Source: Myxococcales bacterium (GTDB lineage Bacteria > Myxococcota_A > Bradymonadia > REDH01). From it: 64,000 nucleotides of DNA. The DNA lies in the NCBI GenBank assembly GCA_947496715.1, contig CANMDT010000001.1, positions 1,203-65,202 of the forward strand, given 5' to 3'. This document shows, in pieces, positions 1 to 12,381 of the stretch. Within the stretch, counting starts at the first letter, position 1, and each line of letters begins with the position of its first letter. A program made the translations under genes and the position numbers. The notes beneath the pieces were generated by a model. That model saw only the letters and a program-made list of their open reading frames with translations, did no database searches and was not told where the DNA came from.

Positions 1-1
1 G

Positions 2-160
2 ACCGAGTCTCCTGAGGCCTTCCAGGGCGAGATCGCATGGAACTTCGCCAAGTTCCTGGTCGACAAGAATGGCTTCGTCATCAACCGCTTCGCACCCACG
101 ACGCTGCCCATGAGCGCCGAGGTGACTGCCGCCATCGAGGCTGCGCTCACCGCGCCGTAG
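2..160 (+). CDS. Glutathione peroxidase, C-terminal part (gene starts before the window)
   Basis: Frame 2 reads TESPEAFQGEIAWNFAKFLVDKNGFVINRFAP...TAP*, containing the GPx WNFxKFLVD signature; not in the ORF track. Confidence 0.85.
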   Translation, partial: TESPEAFQGEIAWNFAKFLVDKNGFVINRFAPTTLPMSAEVTAAIEAALTAP

Positions 161-767
161 CGACTTTGGCGGAGAGCCTGTCGAGCAGTTCAAGCAGAGC
201 CTCAGGGCTCTCCGCAGCAGCCATGAGACCGTCCTCGTGACCGCTCATCGCGGCCGCAAAGGAGTCCGTCTCGCAAGAGGCGATCTCGGAGAGCGATGCT
301 GCCATGGCAGGTGTGCCGTAGGTGGCCGAGGCAGGGGTCTTCGGTAGCGCGATGGCGCCAGCGCAGGCTGCCTTCCAAAGCGCAGGGTGGTGGATGTGGC
401 AGACGAAGGCTGCGTTGCAGGCCTGATAGATCGCCGCGTGGGTGAGCGACTCGGAAGAGGGCTTGCCAGCGCCCTCGGACCAGAGCTCGTTGGTGGCGGG
501 GGAGGCTACGGTGACGGTCACCCAATGGAGGGCGGCGAGTGTTGCGAGGTGGCCGGTCTGGGTGGCGCTGACGAGGAAGGCATCACCGGCAAGACGCCGG
601 CTCACATTGCCGTAGCCAAGGCCTCCGTAGCGCGCAGGGTCGCGGCCAATCCAGCCTCGGGCTCGGAGCGCGTCTCGAAGTCCTGAGAGGATCCCGATCG
701 CTTCAGCGTCAGGGAGCGGCGCGTCCCGATGGTGGAGCTGAAACTGAATGACGCCGTCGGAGGCCAC
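147..767 (-). CDS. Class II aldolase/adducin family protein
   Basis: GNVSRR, PSSESLTHAAIY, HIH and GHEDG metal-binding motifs typical of the class II aldolase head domain. Confidence 0.8.
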   Translation of the reverse strand: MASDGVIQFQLHHRDAPLPDAEAIGILSGLRDALRARGWIGRDPARYGGLGYGNVSRRLAGDAFLVSATQTGHLATLAALHWVTVTVASPATNELWSEGAGKPSSESLTHAAIYQACNAAFVCHIHHPALWKAACAGAIALPKTPASATYGTPAMAASLSEIASCETDSFAAAMSGHEDGLMAAAESPEALLELLDRLSAKVATAR

Positions 768-852
768 GCGTTGTTGCCCTGCGGTTGAAGAAGCGAGGCG
801 TTCGGTCTAGCAGCCTCCGCAGAGCAACGGAACGCAGCGCGTGGAGGCAGCA

Positions 853-1491
853 ATGAGGCAGTTTGGATTGGCGTTGATGATGATGGGACTGGTCGCTTGT
901 GGCACACCGACGCCGGCAGCAGCGCCCGCCGGCAGCGGCTCCGCAGAGGCAGTGCAGAAGGCGGTGCCTACGTTGGCCGCAGCAGCGCCCGCCGCCGCCC
1001 CCGCACCCGTTGCTCCGCCCGCCGAGGGCTCCGCGGAGCCGGCGAAGGGGCTCGGATTTGACCGCACGCCGCCCGACCAGGCGGCCGGGACGACAGCGCA
1101 CTACGGTTGGGCCTTCACGACGGCCGGACCGGCCATGCCCATCTCGACGGCCATCGAGGCCTGCGTCCCCTCGGGCAAGGTCTGCCGCATCGCCGCAAAG
1201 GTCTCCGGCGTCTGCCAGAACAAGGGCTGCTGGATGACGCTGACGGCGCCCGAGCTCAAGCAGGAGGTTCGGGTGAAGTTCAAGGACTACGCCTTCTTCA
1301 TGCCGAAGAACGCCATGGGCGGGAAGGTGGACATCGAGGGCGTGCTGACCGAGCGGGAGATGTCGCAGGACGAGGCGCAGCACTATGCCGACGATGCGGC
1401 GAAGGCGGGAGAGGCACCGCGCAAGGTGAAGGGGCCTGTGAAGGCCTATCAGATCATGGCAACCGGCGCGGACCTCTCGCTCGGCAAGTAG
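853..1491 (+). CDS. DUF4920-like lipoprotein
   Basis: GGAGG RBS before ATG 853; lipobox LVAC; VCQNKGCWM and VRVKFKDYAFFMP motifs characteristic of DUF4920. Confidence 0.75.
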   Translation: MRQFGLALMMMGLVACGTPTPAAAPAGSGSAEAVQKAVPTLAAAAPAAAPAPVAPPAEGSAEPAKGLGFDRTPPDQAAGTTAHYGWAFTTAGPAMPISTAIEACVPSGKVCRIAAKVSGVCQNKGCWMTLTAPELKQEVRVKFKDYAFFMPKNAMGGKVDIEGVLTEREMSQDEAQHYADDAAKAGEAPRKVKGPVKAYQIMATGADLSLGK

Positions 1492-2150
1492 TGGGCGTGG
1501 AGCGGAGCGCCGAAGAGCGCCGGGCCTTTATACTGGCGCAGACGCGGCTGGCGCCTGTGCCGGGGCTGAAGGGTGTGCTGCTTCGGACTGCGGACGCGGC
1601 GTTTCCGCTCTGGCATGAGGCAGCAGATTGGCTCAAGCGTGGCGAGCTCGCCCTGCCCTTCTGGGCCTTTCCCTGGGCTGGCGGCGTGGGGCTGGCACAC
1701 CATCTGCAGCTGCATCCGGAGCTCGTCTCGGGCAGACAGGTGACCGACGTGGCGAGCGGGAGCGGCCTGGTGGGCATCGTGGCGGCGAAGCTCGGCGCGG
1801 CGCAGGTGCACTGCCTCGACATCGACCCGATGGCGGCAGAGGCGGCGGCACTGAATGCTGCGGCGAACGGCGTTGAACTGGTAGCGGAGACGGCTGATGT
1901 GACGGCACTCGCGCCGCGTGGCGGCCTCATCCTTGCGGGCGACATCTGTTACGAGGGGCCGATGGCCGGAGCGATGCTGGCCTGGCTCCGGAGCTGCGTG
2001 GAGGCAGGCGCCGAGGTGATGCTGGGCGACCCAGGGCGCCACTACCTCGACGCTGCCGGCCTGGTCTGCCTGGGTCGCTACCGGCTGCCCTCGTCGCGTG
2101 AGCTGGAGGCCGGCGATGAGGCCGTCTGCTCCGTCTACCGGCTCTCCTGA
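1491..2150 (+). CDS. Class I SAM-dependent methyltransferase (nicotinamide N-methylase/protein-lysine methyltransferase-like)
   Basis: PFWAFPWAGG, DVASGSG and LAGDICYE motifs; start is GTG 1491 or 1497 overlapping the upstream stop, not 1107. Confidence 0.8.
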   Translation: MGVERSAEERRAFILAQTRLAPVPGLKGVLLRTADAAFPLWHEAADWLKRGELALPFWAFPWAGGVGLAHHLQLHPELVSGRQVTDVASGSGLVGIVAAKLGAAQVHCLDIDPMAAEAAALNAAANGVELVAETADVTALAPRGGLILAGDICYEGPMAGAMLAWLRSCVEAGAEVMLGDPGRHYLDAAGLVCLGRYRLPSSRELEAGDEAVCSVYRLS

Positions 2151-2971
2151 TCGGGGCGTGGCGCCCGCTTGCGGAAGAGCATGAGGTAGTTGAAGCCGCG
2201 GAGGAAGAAGTTGCCCTCGTCTGCGGCCTTGCGGAAGTTGCCCATCTCGAGCGTCCGGTTGTGCCGCGTAACAGCGACGACATCGATGGGGTCGAGGTAC
2301 TGCCGCGCCGCCGCGAAGAGGTCGAAGCCGAGCGGCTGAAAGGGGCGGTCTTTCTTGAAGACGTCGCAGACGTAGATGGCGAGGACGCCGTCGTTTCGGA
2401 GCACGCGGACCGCCTCGTCAATTGCGAGCTTCATGGCGCGCTGGTAGCGGCCATCGCCCTTGAGCTTTCCGATGCAGCGGGGGTCGTCGGAGTAGTCGAG
2501 GTTGTCTGCGTAGGGCGGGTCCATGAAGACGAGGTCGACAGTGGCATTCTTGAGCGGGATGCTCCGTGCGTCGGCCTGCTGGATGTCGGGGCGGGTGGGC
2601 GCGAGGTCGAAGCCAAGGCCGGTGCGGCCTGTGTCGCGGCAGACATCCAAGGTGGTACCGGAGCCGCAGAAGGGGTCGAGGACTGTAGCGCCCGGCTCGG
2701 AGAAGCGCTGAATCACATTCCAGATGACATAGGAGGGGGTTGCACCCTCGTAGGACTGGCTCCCCTGCTGCGTCTGTCCGTAGTGCTGCGACGGGTAGTC
2801 CCAGAGGGTGGTGACCTGCTTGGAGAGCGGCGGCTTTTCGGGGCGGGTGTGGCCGGCGGTGATGGCGGGGCGCGGCGGGCCAGGAGGCTGATAGCGGGGA
2901 CCGACGCCGACCGGAGCTCCATAGAAATCGGCATTGCGGGGAGCTGCGGGGCGCTTGGGACGCTGGGTCAT
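2135..2971 (-). CDS. Amino-group methyltransferase (N4/N6 DNA methylase or Trm11-like)
   Basis: LDPFCGSGTT (SAM motif I) followed by DLVFMDPPY (motif IV); ATG 2971 overlaps the yhhQ stop (ATGA); the ORF-track N-terminal 424 aa are a shadow frame. Confidence 0.75.
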   Translation of the reverse strand: MTQRPKRPAAPRNADFYGAPVGVGPRYQPPGPPRPAITAGHTRPEKPPLSKQVTTLWDYPSQHYGQTQQGSQSYEGATPSYVIWNVIQRFSEPGATVLDPFCGSGTTLDVCRDTGRTGLGFDLAPTRPDIQQADARSIPLKNATVDLVFMDPPYADNLDYSDDPRCIGKLKGDGRYQRAMKLAIDEAVRVLRNDGVLAIYVCDVFKKDRPFQPLGFDLFAAARQYLDPIDVVAVTRHNRTLEMGNFRKAADEGNFFLRGFNYLMLFRKRAPRPDQESR

Positions 2972-3702
2972 GTGTGTTGGCCTGGGGGCGTCTCGGCTGC
3001 GTCGCCCGAGAACTGGAAGGGGTTGAAGTTGGTGTTGGTGTCGAAGACATCGACGCCCTCGGCCCGCTTGAGTGCGCCGACGAGGAGATAGGTGACGGGC
3101 GTTGCGAGGACCTCGAGTGCGACCTTGAGGAAGTAGTTGTTGATGCAAACCGCGATAAGGTCCTCTACGGGCCAGACGCCCGCGGCAAAGCCTACGAGGC
3201 TCGGCAGGACGAAGAAGGCGAGCGGGTAGAAGATGACGCTGTCGACGGCCTCGCCGACAATGGTGCTTCCGACGGTGCGGGTCCAGAGATGCTTGCCGCG
3301 GGTCATCACCTTCATCTTTGCCAGAACAAAGGAGTTGCAGAACTCGCCGATGAAGTAGGCGATCATGGAGGCGATGAGGACGTAGGGGCTCTGGCCCAGG
3401 ATGGTCTCGAAGGCGGCCTGGTTTTGGAAGCCGGGCGCAGGGGTGGCGCGGACGCAGAGCTGGAAGATGGCGGCTGCCAGACCAACGCTTGCAAAGCCGA
3501 GCCAGATGACGCGGCGCGAGGCCTTGTAGCCGTAGACCTCGGTGAGCACGTCGCCGAAGATGTAGGAGACCGGGAAGACGAAGATGCCGACGCCGATGGT
3601 GTAGCCCATGAGGACGGTGGTTTTGGCGGCCACGAGGTTGGAGACGAGCAATGCCGTGATGAAGACGGCGGTGAGAAGGTCGAGGTAGCGAGTGGATTTC
3701 AT
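2968..3702 (-). CDS. yhhQ: Queuosine precursor transporter (YhhQ/Vut_1 family)
   Basis: Multi-TM protein with SNLVAAK, FPVSYIFGDVLTEVYGY and LWTRTVGSTIVGEAVDS motifs; ATG 3702 overlaps the tcdA stop. Confidence 0.85.
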   Translation of the reverse strand: MKSTRYLDLLTAVFITALLVSNLVAAKTTVLMGYTIGVGIFVFPVSYIFGDVLTEVYGYKASRRVIWLGFASVGLAAAIFQLCVRATPAPGFQNQAAFETILGQSPYVLIASMIAYFIGEFCNSFVLAKMKVMTRGKHLWTRTVGSTIVGEAVDSVIFYPLAFFVLPSLVGFAAGVWPVEDLIAVCINNYFLKVALEVLATPVTYLLVGALKRAEGVDVFDTNTNFNPFQFSGDAAETPPGQHT

Positions 3703-4526
3703 GAGGTGCATCCGTCGAAGGAGGGTTGCCTCGTAGGATGAGCGCCGGAGGCGAGAAGGTCCGCGGCGAGGGCGGCGAGGGTAAGGCCGACGGCGCCGAC
3801 GACCATGGCGGAGGTTCCGAACCCGGTTCGGCAGTCGAGTCGGGCGGGGGCGCCGGCTTCGGGCGTAGCGCAGACCTCGCCCTCCGGCGTGGGATAGAGC
3901 GCCCGCTCCTGCGAGAAGACTGCGGGGATGCCCCAGGGTTGGCGGTCAGCGACGCTCCAACCGTGGCCCGTGCGGAGGTGGCGCCGGACCTCGCGCAGGA
4001 GGGGATCGCCGGCGGTGGCGCCGAGGTCGCCGGAGGTAACAGCGGCGGGGTTCTTGCGGCCGCCTGCAGCACCCGAGACGATGAGGGGGAGCGCGCGCGC
4101 GCGGCAGAGGTGGATGAGCAGGGCCTTCTCGCGGGCGTCATCGATGGCGTCGATGACGAGGTCGGGCGAAAGCCCAAGAATCGCGTCGGCAGTGTCTGCG
4201 GCGAAGAAGTCGGCGATGACCTCAACGCTGCAGCCCGGTGCAATGGCGGCGATGCGATCGCGCATGGCGTCGACCTTTGGTCGCCCGTAATTGCCCATGA
4301 CTGCGTGGAGCTGCCGGTTGGTGTTGGTCACACAGACCTCGTCGAGGTCTACGAGAATGAGGCGGCCGACGCCCGTTCGGGCGAGCGCCTCGACTGTCCA
4401 CGAGCCAACGCCGCCGACGCCGATGACCATCACCGAAGCAGCGGCGATCCGGTCGGCCGCGGCGTTGCCGTAGAGTCGTCGGATGCCGCCGAGTCGTTCT
4501 TCGTGCTCGGGCTCGGTGTGGGTCAT
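3699..4526 (-). CDS. tcdA: tRNA threonylcarbamoyladenosine dehydratase (ThiF family)
   Basis: RLYG, GVGGVGSWTVEALARTG, DLDEVCVTNTNRQLHA, DAID, DPLL and C-terminal LDC..GFG motifs. Confidence 0.85.
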   Translation of the reverse strand: MTHTEPEHEERLGGIRRLYGNAAADRIAAASVMVIGVGGVGSWTVEALARTGVGRLILVDLDEVCVTNTNRQLHAVMGNYGRPKVDAMRDRIAAIAPGCSVEVIADFFAADTADAILGLSPDLVIDAIDDAREKALLIHLCRARALPLIVSGAAGGRKNPAAVTSGDLGATAGDPLLREVRRHLRTGHGWSVADRQPWGIPAVFSQERALYPTPEGEVCATPEAGAPARLDCRTGFGTSAMVVGAVGLTLAALAADLLASGAHPTRQPSFDGCTS

Positions 4527-4633
4527 GCGGGCTGTGTGGGTTGGCGCTAGCGTGCGCGCGCTTTATTGCATAGTTGCGCCGATGACCAGAAACGCCCTGC
4601 CAGCAGGGTGCAACCGACCGAGACGAGGGACGC

Positions 4634-6799
4634 GTGAAGAAGCATTCTTGGAACTGGAGCCTCTGCCTGCTGTTCGCGGCCTGTGGGGACGATGCGAAGT
4701 CAGGCGGCGCGGAGGCCGACACGGCCGTGGAGGACAGCGCGGTCGCAGACACAGGGGCCGATACCGACACCGAGACGGATGGCAGCGCCGCCGACACCCT
4801 TGAAGACACAGCCCCGGACGGCTCCGGGAGCGGCGCAGACACGACGCCTGTCGATACGACGCCGGCGCCAGAAGGCGACTATCGCCAGCCCTTCGATCCC
4901 AGCCTCTTTTGCGAAGCAACGCCGCCCGTCTGCTCATCGGCGACCGACCTGTCGACCTACGCGATGCTGCGCAAGGATGCGTCGCTCGACGAGCGGCTCT
5001 ACCCCGAGTTCACCGACCCGCCGCGTGATGGTGGACGGGTTCAGATTGTCGGCATCGCAGCTGCTTCGGGTCGGGTCCGGAGCGTGCTTGTGGACGAGCG
5101 CGATCTTGAGGCCGAAGTGTCGGCACAGAACGCGACGATGGAGTGGTACCACGTGTGGCCGGAGGAGGTGGTCGCCGGTCAGCCGATCTGGCTCAGCCTG
5201 CACAGCCGGTCTGCTGCCTGGGACGATCAGACCGTCCACAAGGTCACCATTGTCACGGACGAAGGCGACGCGCTGAGCGAGCGTGTGGTGATGACCACGA
5301 CCACCCTGCCCATCACCTACGTGACCACAGCAAACGAGGGGACACGGCTGCTCATCCACGTACAGAACCGGGACGAGCGGGAGGCGAGCATCCGCGCGAT
5401 CACGGTCAATGGCATCCGCTATGATGCCGCCGAGGTTTGCGGGCTAAGCGGACCGATCGCGCCGGGCGCGACGGTGCGGGCGGAGTTCAAGCTCTGCGAG
5501 CCGCTCAAGCCTGGCGACGCCTGGAGCGTGGTGCTCGACGACGGCACGGGCGTCCCGTCGGTGGGGGCCGGCCGCGTGGTTCCGGAGCAGTTTCCGATCG
5601 AGGCGTGGCCTGTGTCGGACGAATGCCCCGTGCCGACGAACGAGGCCGACACGACCGCGCTGACCCAGCACCTCGATGCAGGTTTCGACACCTTCTATCT
5701 CTACTGGAACGGCCGCTGCAACGCACCCACCGCGGAGGTGCTGAACAGCATCGCGCCGCAGCGGAGCGACTACCATGTGCTGATCGGCGACGACTATCTC
5801 TCGTCACCCGATGCCGGCACCGGTCTCATCGACACCACGCGCGCGGCCGGCTTCCTGATTGGCGATGAGGTCGACGGAGAAATCTACGACGCCGATGGCC
5901 TCTCACGGGCAAACCTCAAGGCACGGGAGGCGAGGCAGCTCTGGTCGATGCACCCGGAGCTTCCTGTCTACAACGGCGCCAAGACACATGGTCATGTGGG
6001 CACCTTCGCCGGCATCGCCGACATCCAGGGCATCGACTACTACATCGCCGCCTGCGCTCCCCACATCACCGAGGACGGGGCGCCCATCCAGCTGCTCGGC
6101 GCCTACGACTTCCTTCGTAACACGCGAGAGAACATGATGCCGCTGCCGACCTGGCAGTATGCGCAGGGGCTCCACAGCGGATGGAACCTGACGCGGGGCA
6201 CGGAGGTGTTCCATCGGCAGCCCGCGCCGCAGGAGGTCATCTTCCAGGCCTTCTCCGCGATGGCGGCGGGCGCCAAGGGGTTGATGTGGTTCCAGACCTC
6301 GCTGGAGGAGGCGGCTGCGGCGCCGCGGTCGTGGGAGGCGATCGGGGCATCGAACAGGGCCTTCCGCGCGGTGCGAAACATGCTGCGCGAGGGCGACCTG
6401 TCGCACCAGGCGACGGTGCTGTCGGGCGAGGTCTTGGCGCAGACCATCACGGCGCGGGCGGGCATCGTCCTGCCGCTGCTGAATCTCAATACCACCTCTT
6501 CGGTGACCGACGCGCTCTGCCTCCGAAACGCCCTCTTCCCCGAGGATGTGCCGCACTGGATCTTCGGCGAGACCGAGGCGAGGGTGACCGTGAAATTGGC
6601 GCCCGAGCAGCGGCTCACCGATGTCTTCGAACTCGGCCTCGACGGCCTGCTGCATGAGGCGGAGTGGTACACCGACGCTGAGGCGCGGACGGTGACCATC
6701 GAGGCAATTCCGATGTCGAATGAGGCGCCGGCCAGGCTCTTCGTGCTGGCGGGTGATCGTGAGCTCCGGCGAGAGATCGAGGCGATTCTTGCCGAGTAG
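4634..6799 (+). CDS. Large lipoprotein, possible glycoside-hydrolase-like TIM-barrel C-terminal domain
   Basis: Lipobox FAAC, acidic D/T linker; GFLIGDEVD, DIQGIDYY and AAGAKGLMWF segments resemble GH-A-like barrels. Confidence 0.55.
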   Translation: MKKHSWNWSLCLLFAACGDDAKSGGAEADTAVEDSAVADTGADTDTETDGSAADTLEDTAPDGSGSGADTTPVDTTPAPEGDYRQPFDPSLFCEATPPVCSSATDLSTYAMLRKDASLDERLYPEFTDPPRDGGRVQIVGIAAASGRVRSVLVDERDLEAEVSAQNATMEWYHVWPEEVVAGQPIWLSLHSRSAAWDDQTVHKVTIVTDEGDALSERVVMTTTTLPITYVTTANEGTRLLIHVQNRDEREASIRAITVNGIRYDAAEVCGLSGPIAPGATVRAEFKLCEPLKPGDAWSVVLDDGTGVPSVGAGRVVPEQFPIEAWPVSDECPVPTNEADTTALTQHLDAGFDTFYLYWNGRCNAPTAEVLNSIAPQRSDYHVLIGDDYLSSPDAGTGLIDTTRAAGFLIGDEVDGEIYDADGLSRANLKAREARQLWSMHPELPVYNGAKTHGHVGTFAGIADIQGIDYYIAACAPHITEDGAPIQLLGAYDFLRNTRENMMPLPTWQYAQGLHSGWNLTRGTEVFHRQPAPQEVIFQAFSAMAAGAKGLMWFQTSLEEAAAAPRSWEAIGASNRAFRAVRNMLREGDLSHQATVLSGEVLAQTITARAGIVLPLLNLNTTSSVTDALCLRNALFPEDVPHWIFGETEARVTVKLAPEQRLTDVFELGLDGLLHEAEWYTDAEARTVTIEAIPMSNEAPARLFVLAGDRELRREIEAILAE

Positions 6800-6826
6800 G
6801 CCCCCAGCGGTGGCGGGGGGCCTGTC

Positions 6827-7753
6827 ATGACTGCAGCAGTGCTCATCCTTGCCGGCCTGGTTGGGTTCGGCGCGCTTGCGGGCGCGCTTGGCGTGTTCCG
6901 TGACAGCGAGGCGGCGGCAGAGGTGCTGAACCGGTTTGCGATTACGCTCGCCTTTCCTGTCTGGATTGTGGTGCTGCTACTCAAGGAGGAGCAGACCGAC
7001 AGCGTAGCGCCGGCGCTGCTGTCGGCCACGGCGGTCTGGCTGCTCTGGCTCCCCTTCGCCTGGGCTGCCTCGCGCTTCTTCCGCGACGCAGCGCACCGGA
7101 CGGCCGCCTTCTGCGCGCTCATCTACGGCAACAGCGCCTACATCGGGATCCCCTTCTGCACGGCGCTGGCAGGGGGCGCGGGGAGCCGGCGCGCAGTGGG
7201 CATTGCGACCCTCCACCTGTTGCTCGGCATGGCGGTGATGCCGGTGCTGCTCCGGCGGGCCTCGCCACAGGCCAGCAGCCGGAGCGTGCTCGCGGAGACC
7301 CTCCGCATGCCCATCGTCTGGGCGCCCTGGATCGGCATCGCGGCCCGCTACCTGCCGGCCCCCATCAAGCTGCAGGCGGTGGCGATGCTGTCGCCGCTGG
7401 GCGCTGCTGCTTCGCCCGTGGCACTCGTCGCGATGGGCCTCTACCTCTGGCGTCACCGCGGCGCAGTCGTGGCACCCGATCGCGGCGTGGTGGGCACGAC
7501 GCTTCTCAAGACCGCAGGGGCCGGACTGCTGGCGGTCGCGGTCGTGCACTACATGCCGATGGAGCTCAGCGCGACCGACCGGGCTGTGGTGGTGGCACAG
7601 TCGACCACGCCTGTCGGCGTCGCAGTCTTCAGCCTCTGTCATGCCTATGGTGTGGCCGAGCTCTTTGCCGCTCGCGCTGTCGTGGTATCCACCCTCCTCT
7701 GGCTTGTCGGCGCGATGGCCTGGGGCCTCACTACGTGGGCACATGCCGGATAG
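6827..7753 (+). CDS. AEC (auxin efflux carrier) family transporter
   Basis: About 10 TM segments; LNRFA..LAFP, YGNSAYIGIP and LGAAASPVALVAMG motifs. Confidence 0.8.
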   Translation: MTAAVLILAGLVGFGALAGALGVFRDSEAAAEVLNRFAITLAFPVWIVVLLLKEEQTDSVAPALLSATAVWLLWLPFAWAASRFFRDAAHRTAAFCALIYGNSAYIGIPFCTALAGGAGSRRAVGIATLHLLLGMAVMPVLLRRASPQASSRSVLAETLRMPIVWAPWIGIAARYLPAPIKLQAVAMLSPLGAAASPVALVAMGLYLWRHRGAVVAPDRGVVGTTLLKTAGAGLLAVAVVHYMPMELSATDRAVVVAQSTTPVGVAVFSLCHAYGVAELFAARAVVVSTLLWLVGAMAWGLTTWAHAG

Positions 7754-9014
7754 CGGCACACAGAACGCCTCTGCCGGTGGCTCCGCGATCGCGCTGCTCC
7801 GAAGACACCCCATGGTGCAGGCCTACCTCGCAAGCCGCGTCTTCGGGCTCATGGCGATGACGCTCTTCCGGGCCACAGCCTCATGGCACGTCTACGAGCT
7901 GACGGGGAGCAAGGTCCTTCTCGGCACGCTCGGGCTCGCGCAGTTTCTGCCGGCGCTGCTGTCGACGATGGCCGGCGGTGTCATCGCCGATCGCTACGAG
8001 CGGACCCGGACGGTGCGCCGGTCGCAGTTGGTGGCGGCAAGCGCAACGCCGATTGTTGCCTGGCTCGCCTATCAAGGGACGCTGCCGCATGGGGTGCTCT
8101 TTGTGGCAGCAGGGTGGCTCGCTGCAATCGGAGGGTTGGAGCAGCCTTCGCGCGCGAGCCTGCTGCCTGGCCTGGTGTCTCGGGAAGAGCTTCCACAGAC
8201 CGTGACCATTGCCGCGACGATGCAGAGCCTCGCGATGGCCTCGGGTCCGGCGCTCGCGGGGCTGCTCCTCGTCTTCTCTCCCATCTGGTCTATCTACCTG
8301 TTGCACTCGCTGCTGCTGCTGACCTCCTACCTGCTGGTGCGACGGCTCCCGCCCGCCATGCCCAGTGGAGCAGGCGAAGAGCAGCCGCACCCTTTCCGGC
8401 AGATGTTGGATGGCGCGAAGTTCGTCTCCTCTTCGCCGGTGCTGCTCGGCTGCATGGCGCTCGATATGGTGGCGGTGGTCCTGGGCGGCGCGCAGGCGCT
8501 GCTGCCGGTCGTTGCGAAGGAGACCCTCAACGTGGGGCCCGTGGGGTTTGGCCTGCTCTCGGCGTCGATTGAGCTCGGCGCTCTCAGCATGTCGATCTAC
8601 CTCGCCTCACGCCGACCGATTGAGCGGGCCGGAAGGACGTTGCTCTGGACGGTTGCGGCCTACGGCGCAGCGACGCTTCTATTCGGGCTCTCGACCACGC
8701 TCTGGCTGTCGGTCATTGCCTACGCGCTGGTGGGCGCCGCAGACCAGGTGAGCGTGGTGCTGCGACACACCATCGTGCAGCTGTCGACCCCCGACGGGCT
8801 CCGCGGCAGGGTGAGCGCGATCAACATGCTCTTCATCCACGCCAGCAACCAGCTCGGCGCCTTTGAGTCGGGGCTGCTGGCGGCGGTTACCAGCACCCGC
8901 TTCGCCATCCTCTTCGGCGGTGGCGCCGCAGTGCTCGTCGCTGCGGGAATGGGGCGATGGAACGCGAAGTTGAGAGCCTACAGAACGGGCGACAGGCAGG
9001 AGTCGGTCGGCTGA
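7743..9014 (+). CDS. MFS transporter (EntS/MefA-like)
   Basis: WHVYELTGS, GVIADRYER and QLSTPDGLRGRV motifs; about 12 TM; start 7743 or 7813. Confidence 0.8.
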   Translation: MPDSGTQNASAGGSAIALLRRHPMVQAYLASRVFGLMAMTLFRATASWHVYELTGSKVLLGTLGLAQFLPALLSTMAGGVIADRYERTRTVRRSQLVAASATPIVAWLAYQGTLPHGVLFVAAGWLAAIGGLEQPSRASLLPGLVSREELPQTVTIAATMQSLAMASGPALAGLLLVFSPIWSIYLLHSLLLLTSYLLVRRLPPAMPSGAGEEQPHPFRQMLDGAKFVSSSPVLLGCMALDMVAVVLGGAQALLPVVAKETLNVGPVGFGLLSASIELGALSMSIYLASRRPIERAGRTLLWTVAAYGAATLLFGLSTTLWLSVIAYALVGAADQVSVVLRHTIVQLSTPDGLRGRVSAINMLFIHASNQLGAFESGLLAAVTSTRFAILFGGGAAVLVAAGMGRWNAKLRAYRTGDRQESVG

Positions 9015-9087
9015 TTGCGGCGGGATCGCAACCGCCCTACCTATGGCCGGCAGTTCGACCAACCGGTCTGCGAACGAGGAGAAAGAG

Positions 9088-10127
9088 ATGGCAGCAAGCA
9101 TTGTCGAGTCCGTTGAGACGCTCCGCTTCCCGTGGCAGACCGTCGACCCCTTTCTGTTCTGCGTCTACCATGTGGACGACTACCCGGAAGGCACCGAAGC
9201 CATGGGCCCGAAGGCGAGCCTCGACGGGCGAAACCTCGGCCAGGACTTTGGCAACAAAGATGGTTGGAACATGTACCACGGCAAGGAGATCCCAGGGTTT
9301 CCGCGCCACCCGCACCGGGGCTTCGAGACGGTGACCTTCACCCGCCGCGGCCTCATCGATCACAGCGACTCTCTTGGCGCGACGGCCCGGTTTGGCAACG
9401 GCGATGTGCAGTGGATGACTGCCGGCAAGGGGGTCGAGCATTGCGAGATGTTCCCGCTCGTGGAGCGCGAGCAGCACAACCTGACCGAGTTCTTCCAGAT
9501 CTGGCTCAACCTGCCCGCCCGCAACAAGATGGCGACACCCCACTTCGCTATCTTCTGGGCCCACCAGATCCCCGAGCAGACCTTCACCGACGAGGCCGGT
9601 CGCAAGACCCGTCTGGTCATGGCTGCGGGTGCCATCGGAGAGCAGCCCGCTCCGCCGCCGCCGCCAGCTTCGTGGGCCGCTTCGCCGCAGAACGAGGTGG
9701 CCATCTGGACCATCAATCTGGAGCCTGGTGCGCAGTGGACGCTGCCCGCCGCATCGCCTGGCCTCTCGCGGTCGCTCTACCTGTTTGAGGGGGCGGTGAC
9801 GCTCGGAGGCTCGCCGCTGTCGGGCCGCGTGCGGGCAGTCGTCCCGTCGCACCTGCCCTGCCCCCTCGAGAATGGCGATGCACCGGCGCAGCTCCTGCTG
9901 CTGCAGGGCCGCCCGATCGGCGAGCCCGTTGCCGCCCACGGCCCCTTTGTGATGAACAACTACGCGGAGCTGCAGCGGGCCTTTGACGACTACCAGCGGG
10001 GCCTCTTCGGGCGCTGGCAGTGGCCGAACAGCGGGCCGGTCCATCCGCGCGAAGCAGAGCGGTTCGCCAACCATGCCGACGGCCGCCGCGAGAGCGCCAC
10101 GGAGTCGCTCGCCGCTCGAGCACAATC

Positions 10128-10131
<4 letters not shown>
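9088..10131 (+). CDS. Pirin family protein
   Basis: GFPRHPHRGFETVT, QWMTAGKGVEHCE, QIWLNLP and GPFVMN motifs; GAGGAG RBS before ATG 9088. Confidence 0.9.
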
Positions 10132-12362
<2,231 letters not shown>

Positions 12363-12381
12363 CCTCCGCTTAGGTGCGCTC

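Noticed and set aside
2135-2971. Restriction-modification or dpd (7-deazaguanine DNA modification) system
   Set aside because: No endonuclease, dpdA/tgt or que genes nearby
3700-3800. preQ1 riboswitch upstream of yhhQ
   Set aside because: The region is tcdA coding sequence and no riboswitch motif was seen
2972-4243. 702-aa ORF suggesting a large fused methyltransferase
   Set aside because: The N-terminal part is an alternative frame over yhhQ and tcdA; the real start is ATG 2971
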